63,071 nt of DNA, filler included, from Aduncisulcus paluster (GCA_024181965.1; 12 parts of 12 records of this genome joined end to end with filler, not necessarily neighbours in it), one strand, 5' to 3'. Shown: positions 23,482 to 35,453, counted from the whole stretch's first letter. Program-made: numbers and translations. Notes: generated by a model from the letters alone, not told the origin.

Positions 23482-25194
23482 ATGAATAGAACATATCTTC
23501 GTTACGTTCCAGATGGTATATTAGGTCTGATAAATTCGAAATCGGACATATTATACGATGGAAGTGGAAAATTCATTTATTCGGCCGCTTATGAAAATAT
23601 CCACCAATTTAATATTAAAACTGGTAAACTCATGAATATATTCAAAGCATTTCCACAAGAACAGCATGGTACTATCACAGAAGCCCCACCATATATTACG
23701 AAGATGGTACAATCACCAAATAATCATCATATTATTGCTGTAGGATATTCTGACGGCTCAATTCGAATATTTGATACCGATGAAGGTATTGTTACTCATG
23801 ATTTTAGAGGTCATTCAGCCCAAATTAGTGTTCTAGCTTTTACCAACCGTCGTGATGATCCATTGTCATCTCCAGCCACCATTCTCATTTCATGTTCATA
23901 TGACACAACGATATGCATGTGGGATCTTGTTTCTCAGCATGGTTTATTCCGTCTTGCCGGGCATACATCTCCAATTATTTGTGGTACCTGTATTGGCTCT
24001 TCAAAAAGGAGATTTTTCATAACGGCGTGTAAAAACGGTCTTGTTAAGGTTTGGGACATGGAAGATCAACGTTGTATCCAGGCAGTAGTAGGCCATAGAG
24101 GTGCAATTATGGGTATGGTTACTATTGATGATGGAAATACTTTAATAACTGCTTGTACGGATGGATATCTTAGAATTATTCGCATAGATGAGTCCAAACT
24201 ATCGCTTAAATCATCAGGAAGCCATTCTTCTTCATTATCTACTGTTTCTGGCCAAAAAAAGCATTCGTCGGGTTCCATTGCTGATTCAACGATGAAAACC
24301 TCAACCAATATTGCCGATACACTTGATATGAGCGACCATTTCTCCATTGCTTCGCTTGTTTCTGCTCCCATTGAGTTACAGGAACTCACTCACTCCCGTT
24401 CTCTTCGTTCCATCACATTTGACAGTTTATCTGATGTATTATATGTCAATTCTGGTCGTGATATAGAAGTTTGGAAGGTCAACTCTCTCAAAAATGCTAT
24501 AAATAGTGCCAAGAAAAGAGAACGGAGACGTAACAAGAAAAAGAAGCAAAGACTTGAGAAAGAACAAGAAGAAAAAGAACTTGAAGAAATCAAAGGAGAA
24601 CAAAAAGAACTTTCTCTCTCCTCTTCCGCTTCCACTTCTGCTTCAACTTCTACTTTCACTTTACAGTGTTCAGATTTCCTCACCTCTTCCTTTTTCTTCC
24701 GTTGTGATGATCCAATCTGTTCTATCACATGTAATCCGCATCCAACCAATGTATCTCGCCCTCAGGTTGCTTGTTCTCACTCCAATAATACAATATCTTC
24801 TCATTCTATTAATATCTCTTCTTTAACAAGCTCTGAACTCTATGTTCTTAATCACACTCATACTCACACTCTACGTGATGTATGCGTAACGAAAGATGGA
24901 AGTGTATGCGTATGTATCAGTGAAGATGAGATTGTTGCGTGGCATACAAAGACTCAAAAGTTAGCCCGTAAAGTTACAATTAACATTCGTAGAGAGAAAG
25001 CAAAGAGAAGACGGCAAGGTTATGGCAGTATCTTTAACAAGGAAGAATATAGTCGAAGAAAAGGCCATAGAGAAGAAGAAGAGGGAGAGGGAGAGAGAGA
25101 AGAAGAGGAAGAAGAGGAGGAAGAGATTCTATCTCCTTTAACCTGTGTTAAAATGGTGGATGAAGGCAATCGTATGTGTGTTTGTGGGTGTGAG
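23482..25194 (+). CDS. WDR3: U3 snoRNP WD40 protein Utp12/Dip2 (WDR3), 3'-partial
   Basis: N-terminal MNRTYLRYVP..LGLI; IAVGYSDGSIRIFD, GLFRLAGH, VKVWDMEDQRCIQAVVGHRG, AKKRERRR. Confidence 0.9.
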
Positions 25195-25294
25195 NNNNNN
25201 NNNNNNNNNNNNNNNNNNNNNNNNNNNNNNNNNNNNNNTTAATTAATTAANNNNNNNNNNNNNNNNNNNNNNNNNNNNNNNNNNNNNNNNNNNN

Positions 25295-25758
25295 ACTGGT
25301 CGCCGTTTTCAAAGGAGCACCCAAGCCAGTCTTCGGAGGAGGAGCGCCGAAGACAGAAGATGAACTGGTCGCCGTTTTCAAAGGAGCACCCAAGCCAGCC
25401 TTCGGAGGAGGAGCGCCGAAGACAGAAGATGAACTGGTCGCCGTTTTCAAAGGAGCACCCAAGCCAGCCTTCGGAGGAGGAGCACCGAAGACAGAAGATG
25501 AACTGGTCACCGTTTTCAAAGGAGCACCCAAGCCAGTCTTCGGAGGAGGAGCGCCGAAGACAGAAGATGAACTGGTCGCTGTTTTCAAAGGAGCACCCAA
25601 GCCAGTCTTCGGAGGAGGAGCGCCGAAGACAGAAGATGAACTGGTCGCTGTTTTCAAAGGAGCACCCAAGCCAGCCTTCGGAGGAGGAGCGCCGAAGACA
25701 GAAGATGAACTGGTCGCCGTTTTCAAAGAGGCACTCAAGCCAGCCTTCGGAGGAGGTT
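25295..25758 (-). repeat. Coding minisatellite, 69-bp unit, about 6.5 copies (APPPK[AT]GLGAPLKTATSSSSVFG)
   Basis: Near-identical units with period 69 (e.g. 25360, 25429); runs off the contig end. Confidence 0.95.
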
Positions 25759-27779
25759 CTATCTTGTCACTTTTCTTCTGTTCTCTTTTGATAGGCCCTT
25801 CGATATTTTCCCTTTCCCTTTTCTTCTGTTCTATTTTTCTATCCTCCTCTCTCATCCACTTTTCATCTTCTAGTATCTTCTTTATATTTCCTTCATTCTC
25901 AGCCTTTTGGGCGATGAGCTGTTGTCTGAGTTCCTTCACAGATTCATCCTCTTCTTCCTCTTCCTTTATCGCCATAAGCTCCTCCTTTGCAAGTGCTTTG
26001 ATCCGTTGATCTTCAGCCAGATCCCACTTGGATAGAGTGTCCTTTCGTTTCTGCTTCCTTTCAATGAGAGTTTCCTTCATCCATTCTTGCGTCTTCTTCA
26101 TCTCTTTCTCCCGCACAAACCTCTGGGTTCCACTGATTATAAGAGACTCCAAGCCATCGAGAACAGACACAGTGTCAGCGATAGAATCTTCAAATTCATC
26201 AGACGATTCCGATTCAAATCTATATTTAGATTTCGATTCCATTAATGTTATATCTTTTTCTTCTGCAGGTCTTCCTCTCCGAATTTCCGAAAATAGATCA
26301 GTGTGAAGAACGCTAGGAATATCGCATCCCTCTTCTTGCATGAATTGAGTGAATATCGCAGGAATATCATCACACAACAGAATAGGATTACCAAGTTGAG
26401 CAATATCATCATTTTCTTCGCGTTTCAAGGCCTCAACAAGTTCCCTTCTTTCATTTTGTTTGGCAGAACGGATTTGGGACATTTCTAAATCCCTCTGTTT
26501 CTTCCGTTCAGCTTGTTTTCGTTTCTTAATCTCTTCAATTTCTATTAGTTTCTTATCCAAAGCCTCTTTCAATTGTGTTTGAGATTCCTTAAAGGCAGCT
26601 ATTTCCTCAAACGAGGGCTTGGCAGCGAACAAACAATCAGACCTTGATTCAATTCCACAGGAGGATATTGATGGACCTGTCATCACAACAATCTGCCAAA
26701 CCATTATGATACCATGAGTACATACGACAACCAAATGAAACGGATTGGAGAGATTTCTGATTTCATTTTTACGCCATGTACAACAGGGTGATATTTTTTC
26801 ATCAAGAGAACCAACATGATGCTGAATTCTTATTCCTTCATCCTCTTCAGAGTCAGAACCATCACTTCCCTCATCATGATCGTCTCTATCAATTGGTTTT
26901 CCGGCATTCTCAAATCTTTCAAGCATCTCATCTTTTGAATACGAGTTAGATTTCCCATCAATGACAAGATCTTCGTCGCTTAGTTTAACATTGGATGGAA
27001 CTAAGAAAGAATACAATGGATATATGTCAAAATCATCATAATCTTCCTCCTCCTCCTCCTCCTCTTCTTCTTCTTCTTCTTCATCACTATTATCCTTTTC
27101 AAATGAATCAACGATAGTTCTTTTAATTTTGACTAAATTATCACCGATGAATGTTTCTGGATTATTACCCTCATCCTCAAAAATGTATCTATATTTATCA
27201 CAGACACCGACACATCCATCCACATCCACACCGACGCTCCTCATGATAAGTCCTTCGGTCCACGAACAAGCAGATATACAGAATGATCTAGACAAGAAAC
27301 ATAAGTTAAGTACATTGGACACAACACAAGTCTCGTCCATCGCGTCTTTGTTTGAGGGATTTTGAGGAACAATAGAATCAAGAAGATCATTGAAATCTTT
27401 TAGAGAACGTTTCTTCCATTTCTTTTCCATCAAATCGAAAGAGAGATTCGATGGACCATAGCCACAAGCATTGACAACTCCAACGCTACAGCCAGAGACA
27501 TTCACACCACGTCGATGCCGCCTCCATTTCAAGGGAATCATATCAGCGGCTATCATTATCTTATGCACACTTCCATCCTCTTCCTCCTCTTCCTCTTCTT
27601 CTTCTTCTTCTTCTTCTTCCTCCTCCTCCTCTTCATCTTCAAATTCTCGTTCATCCTCTTCTTTTTCCTCATTTGAAATAGATAGGAATAGCTTTTCCTC
27701 ACCCAAACAAGAGGTACAACACTCCACAAATGAGACCATTTCTGTTCCTTCGCAATCCTCTCCAAGCCATGATACAAGG
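25295..27779 (-). CDS. Putative FG-repeat nucleoporin (Nup214/Nup159-like architecture), partial
   Basis: Beta-strand-rich region (HLVVVCTHGIIMVWQ), then coiled coil, then tandem SSSSVFG repeats. Confidence 0.45.
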
Positions 27780-27879
27780 NNNNNNNNNNNNNNNNNNNNN
27801 NNNNNNNNNNNNNNNNNNNNNNNTTAATTAATTAANNNNNNNNNNNNNNNNNNNNNNNNNNNNNNNNNNNNNNNNNNNN

Positions 27880-30096
27880 GATGTTATCAAAAGAAACATC
27901 CACAAAGCCATGAAACTGTTTGAGAAGCGATCTCATACTCCTGTTCCAGTTCTTGTACAAGAGCCTGCACAAGCCTTTTCATTGGTTCAATCTCAAGAAA
28001 AAGAAGAAAAACAGAAGAAAGAAGAAGAAAAAAAGAAGAAAGAAGAGGAAAAAAAGAAGAAAGAAGAGGAAAAAAAGAAGAAAGAACCCCCCAAACAAAC
28101 TTCCCCGAAGAAACAAAAGAATGCTCATCATTCCAATGAAATAATTCTTGAAAAACGATTGAATTTGATTGGATTTTCAATGGGAAAAGATGGATCTTCT
28201 CCATTAGATACCATTGAAACAATCAAACCTCTTGGACCTTCGATTCCAAAGGATTTATCATTCATTCCCATCTCAATTGTCTTATCGTTTCCTTTCTTCC
28301 CCTCCGTTTCATCCTCTCTTCTGTCTTGCAATTCTAAATCCTTTAAGGGACTATTTCAGAACAATGGAATATATTTCCCATTTGTACCTCTACCGTGCTC
28401 TCCTACCTCTCCTTCTCTTTTGAAGGACAAATATGAGTTTTCCTTACTCATGAATATGAATATTCAAGTTCTTACCGGTTTGAGCCGGCCTCTCGACCCG
28501 AAACCCCTCAAAGATATCATTTTAACATGGTCCACAAGCATTCACCGCTTTTGTCGCCTTTCATGTTCTCTGTCCGATTGTTCTGTTTCTCCTCTCCAGC
28601 CCTGTGAGGTAAAGATGTTAGATGATAACAAATCATTTTCCCTATTATTCTCGTTTTCGATTGTTCCAGCTCCCGAATTATGCCAAAACATTTCCGTTTT
28701 TCCGATTGCGTTAGTTGATGACATCTGTCGGTGGAAAGTAGGTTCAAGTTATTTGAGAAAAAAAGGTCAAATATTGTCAACATCCCCGATTAAGGCTTCA
28801 TCACTGGATCCAATTTATATGTGGAAGTTTAATTCCATGATATCTGACGATCTCAGAGTTGTTCTTGAAGGTTGGAAGAAACATCCTGAACATCAGGACT
28901 TGAAATGGTGTATAGGGCAATTCTCTTCGGATAAAACCATTCACAAAAGAGTATTAAACTGTTTACTGAAAGCCATTCGAGGAACAATGGATAAAAATGT
29001 CCAACGACGATTGATTGGCAATGAGTTTGCCTTCCTAAATGTTGATACGGCGACATATCTTGCATTCCCTCCCCATTCATTCGCCAATTCCCTGTTTGAT
29101 TTCATTTCTGCCGACAATTTCTTGTCTAACTCATCATATCTCCAAAATATGCTGAAAAGTTTCGGACTGAGAGCCCTTCACGTGTTCCCAATTCGTATTC
29201 CTTGTATCCTTGGGAAAGATGAGAAGAAATATATCCGCAATGTGCGCGTAAATATGTCTATAAGGGGATATTCAATGCGCAAATACGATCGTCTCATCCG
29301 AGATTCCATGAAAATACCCTTCTCGGGTTCTTCTGATGAATTGTTGAATCCCTTGTTTTTCTCTGCAGGATCCACACCCAAACCGTCCAATATCCTTTGT
29401 AATTTCATCACTGCGGAATGTTCGTTTTGCTCCTCTACGAATGGTTATGAATGGATAGGTTTCTTCTGTTTTAATAACAAACAACTTTCCTCCTTTGTTG
29501 GATATCTGATCCATCCAGTGTCTATAACTTATTCTGTATATCCAGAGTCATCTACTTCCTCAGATAGGACAGTAATTCACATGTCTCACATTGAGTGTGC
29601 CGCTCATCTTGGATATAAAACATCAGAAAAAATTGGGAAGAAATTGACTGTTCGTGCTGACTCGGAGCTTCCTAACCCATTCAATTGGGGCTCTTCTCTG
29701 CAAGAAGTGATGGAATATCTATCTATTATAACATCTTATAATGTTAAAACACTTGATTCTTTCTCAAAAGCTAAATTTATCGATTCTGAAGTCAGTTGTG
29801 GTTTGGTCTCTGATTTGACAATTTGGCTTGACCATGCTTTTGAAATCCAAGATCTTTTTTCGATGGCAAGAAGAAAAGACACCGCCAAAAATATAAAAAA
29901 ATTAGTTAATCTTTACATTATTAGTATTAAAAAGTCTCTTGTTTGTCCATATGGATATTCCCACTCAATTAGCATCCTTTCAAAGGCTCTACAGGAATTA
30001 TGTGATAAGTCCGACGACGAAAAGAAGTATATTTACTCAATTATGTTGGAATCTGTCCATCAATTGTTGGAGAAACAACCTTTCTCGTTTGAATGA
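27880..30096 (+). CDS. Hypothetical protein, probably 5'-partial, with a K/E repeat
   Basis: At least 728 codons open; no family recognised. Confidence 0.8.
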   Translation, partial: DVIKRNIHKAMKLFEKRSHTPVPVLVQEPAQAFSLVQSQEKEEKQKKEEEKKKKEEEKKKKEEEKKKKEPPKQTSPKKQKNAHHSNEIILEKRLNLIGFSMGKDGSSPLDTIETIKPLGPSIPKDLSFIPISIVLSFPFFPSVSSSLLSCNSKSFKGLFQNNGIYFPFVPLPCSPTSPSLLKDKYEFSLLMNMNIQVLTGLSRPLDPKPLKDIILTWSTSIHRFCRLSCSLSDCSVSPLQPCEVKMLDDNKSFSLLFSFSIVPAPELCQNISVFPIALVDDICRWKVGSSYLRKKGQILSTSPIKASSLDPIYMWKFNSMISDDLRVVLEGWKKHPEHQDLKWCIGQFSSDKTIHKRVLNCLLKAIRGTMDKNVQRRLIGNEFAFLNVDTATYLAFPPHSFANSLFDFISADNFLSNSSYLQNMLKSFGLRALHVFPIRIPCILGKDEKKYIRNVRVNMSIRGYSMRKYDRLIRDSMKIPFSGSSDELLNPLFFSAGSTPKPSNILCNFITAECSFCSSTNGYEWIGFFCFNNKQLSSFVGYLIHPVSITYSVYPESSTSSDRTVIHMSHIECAAHLGYKTSEKIGKKLTVRADSELPNPFNWGSSLQEVMEYLSIITSYNVKTLDSFSKAKFIDSEVSCGLVSDLTIWLDHAFEIQDLFSMARRKDTAKNIKKLVNLYIISIKKSLVCPYGYSHSISILSKALQELCDKSDDEKKYIYSIMLESVHQLLEKQPFSFE

Positions 30097-30439
30097 AATT
30101 GAAACCCAAAGTACATGTAATTTGGAGAATTAATTGCAAACATTTCAAATACATGTTGATTTATGATTTGTTAATGACTCAAAAATACGGAAAAGAACCT
30201 CATGTTTGCAGATATGACAGAATTAGATAATAAATTCTAAATTTTTTGTTTTTCTTCTAAGGGATATGTTTCAGGAATTTCTTGGAAATCAATACAATTA
30301 AAAATTCCACGAACAAATATATTTGCAAAAAATACAGGCAACTTATCAAATTTCATAAAGAATGACAAATTTTTTTCGTTCCGTCATTAAACATCGATTT
30401 GTTCCCATAAAGTACAAAATTCAGCATTCAACATTGATA

Positions 30440-31420
30440 ATGGATATTTCTACGCGTATTAGGCAAAATATTGAACGCCAAAATCGTCTTTTGAAGAGGT
30501 TGGCTGTTATTGCTTCCTCTCCTAGTTCTTCTGTTAGGCGTGAAGCATCACCAATTCGTTCTCCTATCAAATCATCTCTCCATTCACACATTGATAGGTC
30601 ATTTATTGGTTCTAATTCTAGTCCGAGTAGGATAAAGCCACCAATCTCCGATTATCGCGTTGATCAAATTGCTGAGGATCTTATTTCTTCCCACTCACAC
30701 ACCTCACCATCTGTTCCGATTGATATTGACGAATTGAAGCAAGGACAAGATATATTCCAGTCGTTGACCAAAGATGAAGGTTCTCATTCCAAAGACCTCA
30801 CTCTAACCTTGAAAACGGAAAGAGCTCTTAGTGAACAGCGCTATAAATCATTGTTATCCGAGAATATTAAACTTAAGTCAAATTTGAAGGAGATTGATGT
30901 GCTTAAGGAAGAACTACGTCAAGCCAAGCATGAAAGAGATCAATTAAAAACAGACTCGGCACTTGAAAAGGAAAAATCACAAATTATTATCGAATCTTTA
31001 CAACGCCAACTCGCAGAAAAGGAAACTGAGGAAGAACATACGAAACGCAAGTTTTCTGCTTTCGACATTGAGCTTGAGGCTCTCAAAAGTGAAATTGACA
31101 CATATAAATCAAGATTACTTGAGAAATCTGAGCAATATGAGAAACTTAAGAGCGAGTTAATTCACGCTGAACAGGCTAAGCAAACATTCATGGATGACAT
31201 CGAAGTTAAGTTCTTGAAGTATGAAGAAGACAAAGAAGACTTGTTAAAAACCATAAGAGACCTTGAAAAGGACAAAGATGAACGTTCTCAGCTCTGTGTT
31301 CAACTCTCAAAATCTTTGGCAAACATGAGAACGACCTTTGGGCAGATGTTGGATGATGGTGAGCAAGTGAAAAAGAGGATCGATCATTGTGATGAGATTA
31401 TGGTCGGATTAAATCCTTAA
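30440..31420 (+). CDS. Coiled-coil protein
   Basis: SP-rich N-terminus followed by a long heptad-rich C-terminus; probable start MDISTRIRQ. Confidence 0.8.
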   Translation: MDISTRIRQNIERQNRLLKRLAVIASSPSSSVRREASPIRSPIKSSLHSHIDRSFIGSNSSPSRIKPPISDYRVDQIAEDLISSHSHTSPSVPIDIDELKQGQDIFQSLTKDEGSHSKDLTLTLKTERALSEQRYKSLLSENIKLKSNLKEIDVLKEELRQAKHERDQLKTDSALEKEKSQIIIESLQRQLAEKETEEEHTKRKFSAFDIELEALKSEIDTYKSRLLEKSEQYEKLKSELIHAEQAKQTFMDDIEVKFLKYEEDKEDLLKTIRDLEKDKDERSQLCVQLSKSLANMRTTFGQMLDDGEQVKKRIDHCDEIMVGLNP

Positions 31421-31520
31421 TTCCACATCCATAGCCAGTTTTCACGCGTTTGTATTTCTTGGTAGATGAGTTTCGTTCGATCCTCGTACCATTTTTTTTT
31501 GACTCCAGTCTGTATATCTA

Positions 31521-32484
31521 TTGGAAGTTTAGTATCAGTATCAATAAAATTTTTACGTTTTTTAATTCAGAATTCGTTCAATAATGAATTGCTTTATTTT
31601 ACTTTAGGATCATTTTCGGCATTTTAAAATAGGAGCTGTGAGATGTAGTCAAACCCAGCAATGTATCAATGATTCATACGGTTCAAATACTACTTCGGTG
31701 CAAATGAGCAACAATAATAACGTTAATATTAATGTATGACTGATTAAATATGATGTGGTGCAGAGAGGTCACATATTGGATATAATTCAAAGCAAATGAT
31801 CATAAACTTCAACAAAATGAATTAATAACACATTCTCAATCTTAAATCACAAATATATCCGAATACATGATCATTGTAGGTAAGACAGAACTGAACTTTC
31901 GTTGCAAACGTCTGCGCCGTGACGCCGGCGGTGGATTCTGATAATTCAATTCGATCATGAATAGTGTAATTGTTTTATTCAAATTCAACCCGGCAATTCA
32001 GCTTGGAAGTTTAGTATCAGTATCAATAAAATTTTTACGTTTTTTAATTCAGAATTCGTTCAATAATGAATTGCTTTATTTTACTTTAGGATCATTTTCG
32101 GCATTTTAAAATAGGAGCTGTGAGATGTAGTCAAACCCAGCAATGTATCAATGATTCATACGGTTCAAATACTACTTCGGTGCAAATGAGCAACAATAAT
32201 AACGTTAATATTAATGTATGACTGATTAAATATGATGTGGTGCAGAGAGGTCACATATTGGATATAATTCAAAGCAAATGATCATAAACTTCAACAAAAT
32301 GAATTAATAACACATTCTCAATCTTAAATCACAAATATATCCGAATACATGATCATTGTAGGTAAGACAGAACTGAACTTTCGTTGCAAACGTCTGCGCC
32401 GTGACGCCGGCGGTGGATTCTGATAATTCAATTCGATCATGAATAGTGTAATTGTTTTATTCAAATTCAACCCGGCAATTCAGC
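31521..32484. repeat. Exact 482-bp tandem duplication (non-coding)
   Basis: 31521-32002 matches 32003-32484. Confidence 0.95.
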
Positions 32485-32648
32485 GGAGACTTCGAGAATA
32501 GTCTAAATAATTACTAATTAAGGTTTAGTAAACCAATTATTATTAACTCATTAACTTTAAGAAAAATAGTAAAATGAGCTCTTCGATTCAATAAAAGAAA
32601 AATAATTAAACAAAAGAATGTCAGAAAACGAAATAAATAAATTGTGAA

Positions 32649-35453
32649 TCACTCCTCCAAAGCTAACCTCCAGACGAGATAAGCATAACCATCCATATAT
32701 TGGAGATTGACACTGTCGATATAGGTATTGCCGGGAGCAGGAATCTCGAATCCGTTCTGGATAAGAAGGTTGTTAAGGAAAGGAATGAAACTTTCAACCG
32801 AAAGCAAGTTGAAGAAATATTCAAAGTCATCAAAGCTATCCTGATCAACCTCCAGGCCATCCTTGACACTTGTAACAACGGGATCAGATCCAATGTCAAG
32901 ACTATCGACCCTTGCGTAGATTACAGCCTCGTCACCTTGCAACACTTCGAAAAACATGACACCCTCGAAGGACATGTCAACAGTGGCAATGTTTTCAGAA
33001 GGGGTGCTCTTTGTTCCAGAAGCACAAACATCAAAGTAGGCAATCACAGCCATGTTAAAGGACATTCCTTCACTGGCAATAATCTTGGATCCACTTCCAT
33101 TGACATCTCCATCGAATGTAAGCATGATGTACCTGGACGGAGAGTAGAAATCATCGAGATTGGTGAAGAAAAGATCTCCAATTCCGCCGACAGTCATCCT
33201 ATACTCTGTTTCAATCGCAGGGATATCATCGTCAGTGAAAATAAGAGACTCCATGATACCTGCTTCCACGTGACTCTGGATATAAGTGTCCATCACACTC
33301 TCATCAATTGCACAGTGGAAATGCTCACCTTCAAGGACAGTTGTGAGAGGTTCAACCGGGAGTTCACTCTTTGTGATGGCAGGAAGAGCACCATAGACAG
33401 GTACGAACATGGCAAGAGAGGCGAACGAGGCAAACCCAGGCTCGGGATCATCGGTAACAATAACAGGCTCCTGGTCTTCACCAATTCCAGTTGTGTCAAA
33501 GATCTGCAGCGTTGGAATGGTTACCCCATCTTCATCATCCTTGATAAGAGTTACCTTGAAGCTCCCACCCCCACACCCGACTTGGTATTCGACCATAACC
33601 TCGAGGAAATCGCTTGGAGTAAGGTGGTAAGCATCGGTAGTGAATGTATGATGTTCAGGCCAGCACATTCCCGGGTTATGATGCTCCAGATCGTGTCCAT
33701 ACCCAGTTCCATTCAAGGTAACGCGCAAAATGGAGTCATAGTCCCCGTGGAATTTATAATCACCTTCCTCAAGAGGAGAGAAGTAGCCAGTAACACGAAG
33801 AGACTTGTAGTTCTTGATATGATGACCGTCACTAAGATCCTCTCCTGTCATGGCAACATCAAAGTAGGCAATCACAGCCATGTTAAAGGACATTCCTTCA
33901 CTGGCAATAATCTTGGATCCACTTCCATTGACATCTCCATCGAATGTAAGCATGATGTACCTGGACGGAGAGTAGAAATCATCGAGATTGGTGAAGAAAA
34001 GATCTCCAATTCCGCCGACAGTCATCCTATACTCTGTTTCAATCGCAGGGATATCATCGTCAGTGAAAATAAGAGACTCCATGATACCTGCTTCCACGTG
34101 ACTCTGGATATAAGTGTCCATCACACTCTCATCAATTGCACAGTGGAAATGCTCACCTTCAAGGACAGTTGTGAGAGGTTCAACCGGGAGTTCACTCTTT
34201 GTGATGGCAGGAAGAGCACCATAGACAGGTACGAACATGGCAAGAGAGGCGAACGAGGCAAACCCAGGCTCGGGATCATCGGTAACAATAACAGGCTCCT
34301 GGTCTTCACCAATTCCAGTTGTGTCAAAGATCTGCAGCGTTGGAATGGTTACCCCATCTTCATCATCCTTGATAAGAGTTACCTTGAAGCTCCCACCCCC
34401 ACACCCGACTTGGTATTCGACCATAACCTCGAGGAAATCGCTTGGAGTAAGGTGGTAAGCATCGGTAGTGAATGTATGATGTTCAGGCCAGCACATTCCC
34501 GGGTTATGATGCTCCAGATCGTGTCCATACCCAGTTCCATTCAAGGTAACGCGCAAAATGGAGTCATAGTCCCCGTGGAATTTATAATCACCTTCCTCAA
34601 GAGGAGAGAAGTAGCCAGTAACACGAAGAGACTTGTAGTTCTTGATATGATGACCGTCACTAAGATCCTCTCCTGTCATGGCAAGGTCATCCTCATCACT
34701 GCCAAAGATGGCATTATGGTAGTAAGTTCCCTCAAATTGGTGTAAAGAACGCTCAGGAATGAGGCCCCACTCAAAGGAACTCCAAGCATCAACAGTATGA
34801 GAAAGGGGAATAAGAGCAAGAAATTCCTCAATACCATCATTAACAAAATCAGAAATGGCATCTTTCACCCATGATTCAATGGTTCCCTTAAACATTGGAT
34901 AGAAAATGTCGACAATGGTTTGAACAATGGACTCATCGGTATTGTAAATCTCAATATCATCTTTACCGAAATCAAGGTCAAATTCATAGATGTAAATCTT
35001 CAAATGACCAGAATCATCCGGATCTTCATCCATGTGGAATGTAAGCGCAGCACTACCCTCCTGAAAATACATTGTAGCACTGGCATTCACATCAACGATG
35101 TTAATAGCATCATGGAAGTCGAAATCAAAGTCAATGGAACAGTACATATCAGCCCATCTCTCTTCAATATAATAAGATGGGCGGAAATAATTGGTAGGAG
35201 CGTAGGAAAAGTTACTTACAACGACATTTGACATATCAAAGCTGAGACCGGCAGGAGCCTCATAATGCAAGTCAGTAAATGTAATATCATTGATGAATTC
35301 GGTGATAGAGCCGAGCATAACAGAATCAAAAAAGTTAAGAGCATCTTTCATGATGAAAACTCTGACTCCAGGGCTGTACGTGTCATCTTCACAAAAAACT
35401 GGTGAAAATGTCAAAATACAAATAAGTGATATCAAAAATAGTGTGATATTCAT
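32649..35453 (-). CDS. Secreted LBP/BPI (TULIP) family protein with an inserted PA14 domain; contains an 828-bp duplication (658 aa if collapsed)
   Basis: Signal peptide. SPGVRVFIMKDALNFF resembles the BPI N-terminus NPGVVVRISQKGLDY. PA14-like SLRVTGYFSPLEEGDYKFHGDYDSILRVTLNG...VMVEYQVGCGGG. BPI2-like end IPFLNNLLIQNGFEIP...VNLQYMDGYAYL. Confidence 0.78.
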   Translation of the reverse strand: MNITLFLISLICILTFSPVFCEDDTYSPGVRVFIMKDALNFFDSVMLGSITEFINDITFTDLHYEAPAGLSFDMSNVVVSNFSYAPTNYFRPSYYIEERWADMYCSIDFDFDFHDAINIVDVNASATMYFQEGSAALTFHMDEDPDDSGHLKIYIYEFDLDFGKDDIEIYNTDESIVQTIVDIFYPMFKGTIESWVKDAISDFVNDGIEEFLALIPLSHTVDAWSSFEWGLIPERSLHQFEGTYYHNAIFGSDEDDLAMTGEDLSDGHHIKNYKSLRVTGYFSPLEEGDYKFHGDYDSILRVTLNGTGYGHDLEHHNPGMCWPEHHTFTTDAYHLTPSDFLEVMVEYQVGCGGGSFKVTLIKDDEDGVTIPTLQIFDTTGIGEDQEPVIVTDDPEPGFASFASLAMFVPVYGALPAITKSELPVEPLTTVLEGEHFHCAIDESVMDTYIQSHVEAGIMESLIFTDDDIPAIETEYRMTVGGIGDLFFTNLDDFYSPSRYIMLTFDGDVNGSGSKIIASEGMSFNMAVIAYFDVAMTGEDLSDGHHIKNYKSLRVTGYFSPLEEGDYKFHGDYDSILRVTLNGTGYGHDLEHHNPGMCWPEHHTFTTDAYHLTPSDFLEVMVEYQVGCGGGSFKVTLIKDDEDGVTIPTLQIFDTTGIGEDQEPVIVTDDPEPGFASFASLAMFVPVYGALPAITKSELPVEPLTTVLEGEHFHCAIDESVMDTYIQSHVEAGIMESLIFTDDDIPAIETEYRMTVGGIGDLFFTNLDDFYSPSRYIMLTFDGDVNGSGSKIIASEGMSFNMAVIAYFDVCASGTKSTPSENIATVDMSFEGVMFFEVLQGDEAVIYARVDSLDIGSDPVVTSVKDGLEVDQDSFDDFEYFFNLLSVESFIPFLNNLLIQNGFEIPAPGNTYIDSVNLQYMDGYAYLVWRLALEE
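33027..34682. repeat. Exact 828-bp in-frame tandem duplication
   Basis: 33027-33854 matches 33855-34682; the ORF track repeats identical small ORFs 828 nt apart. Confidence 0.95.

Noticed and set aside
25295..25758. Repeat array as CRISPR
   Set aside because: No unique spacers; it is an in-frame coding minisatellite in a eukaryotic gene.
31600..31760. U3 snoRNA-like box A (TACTTTAGGATCATTT)
   Set aside because: Boxes C', B, C and D are not found in convincing order; a covariance-model search would be needed.
32700..34745. 681-aa plus-strand ORF and other long antisense ORFs (e.g. 53552..54157, 5145..5486)
   Set aside because: These are antisense shadows of codon-biased genes; the first is further lengthened by the 828-bp duplication.
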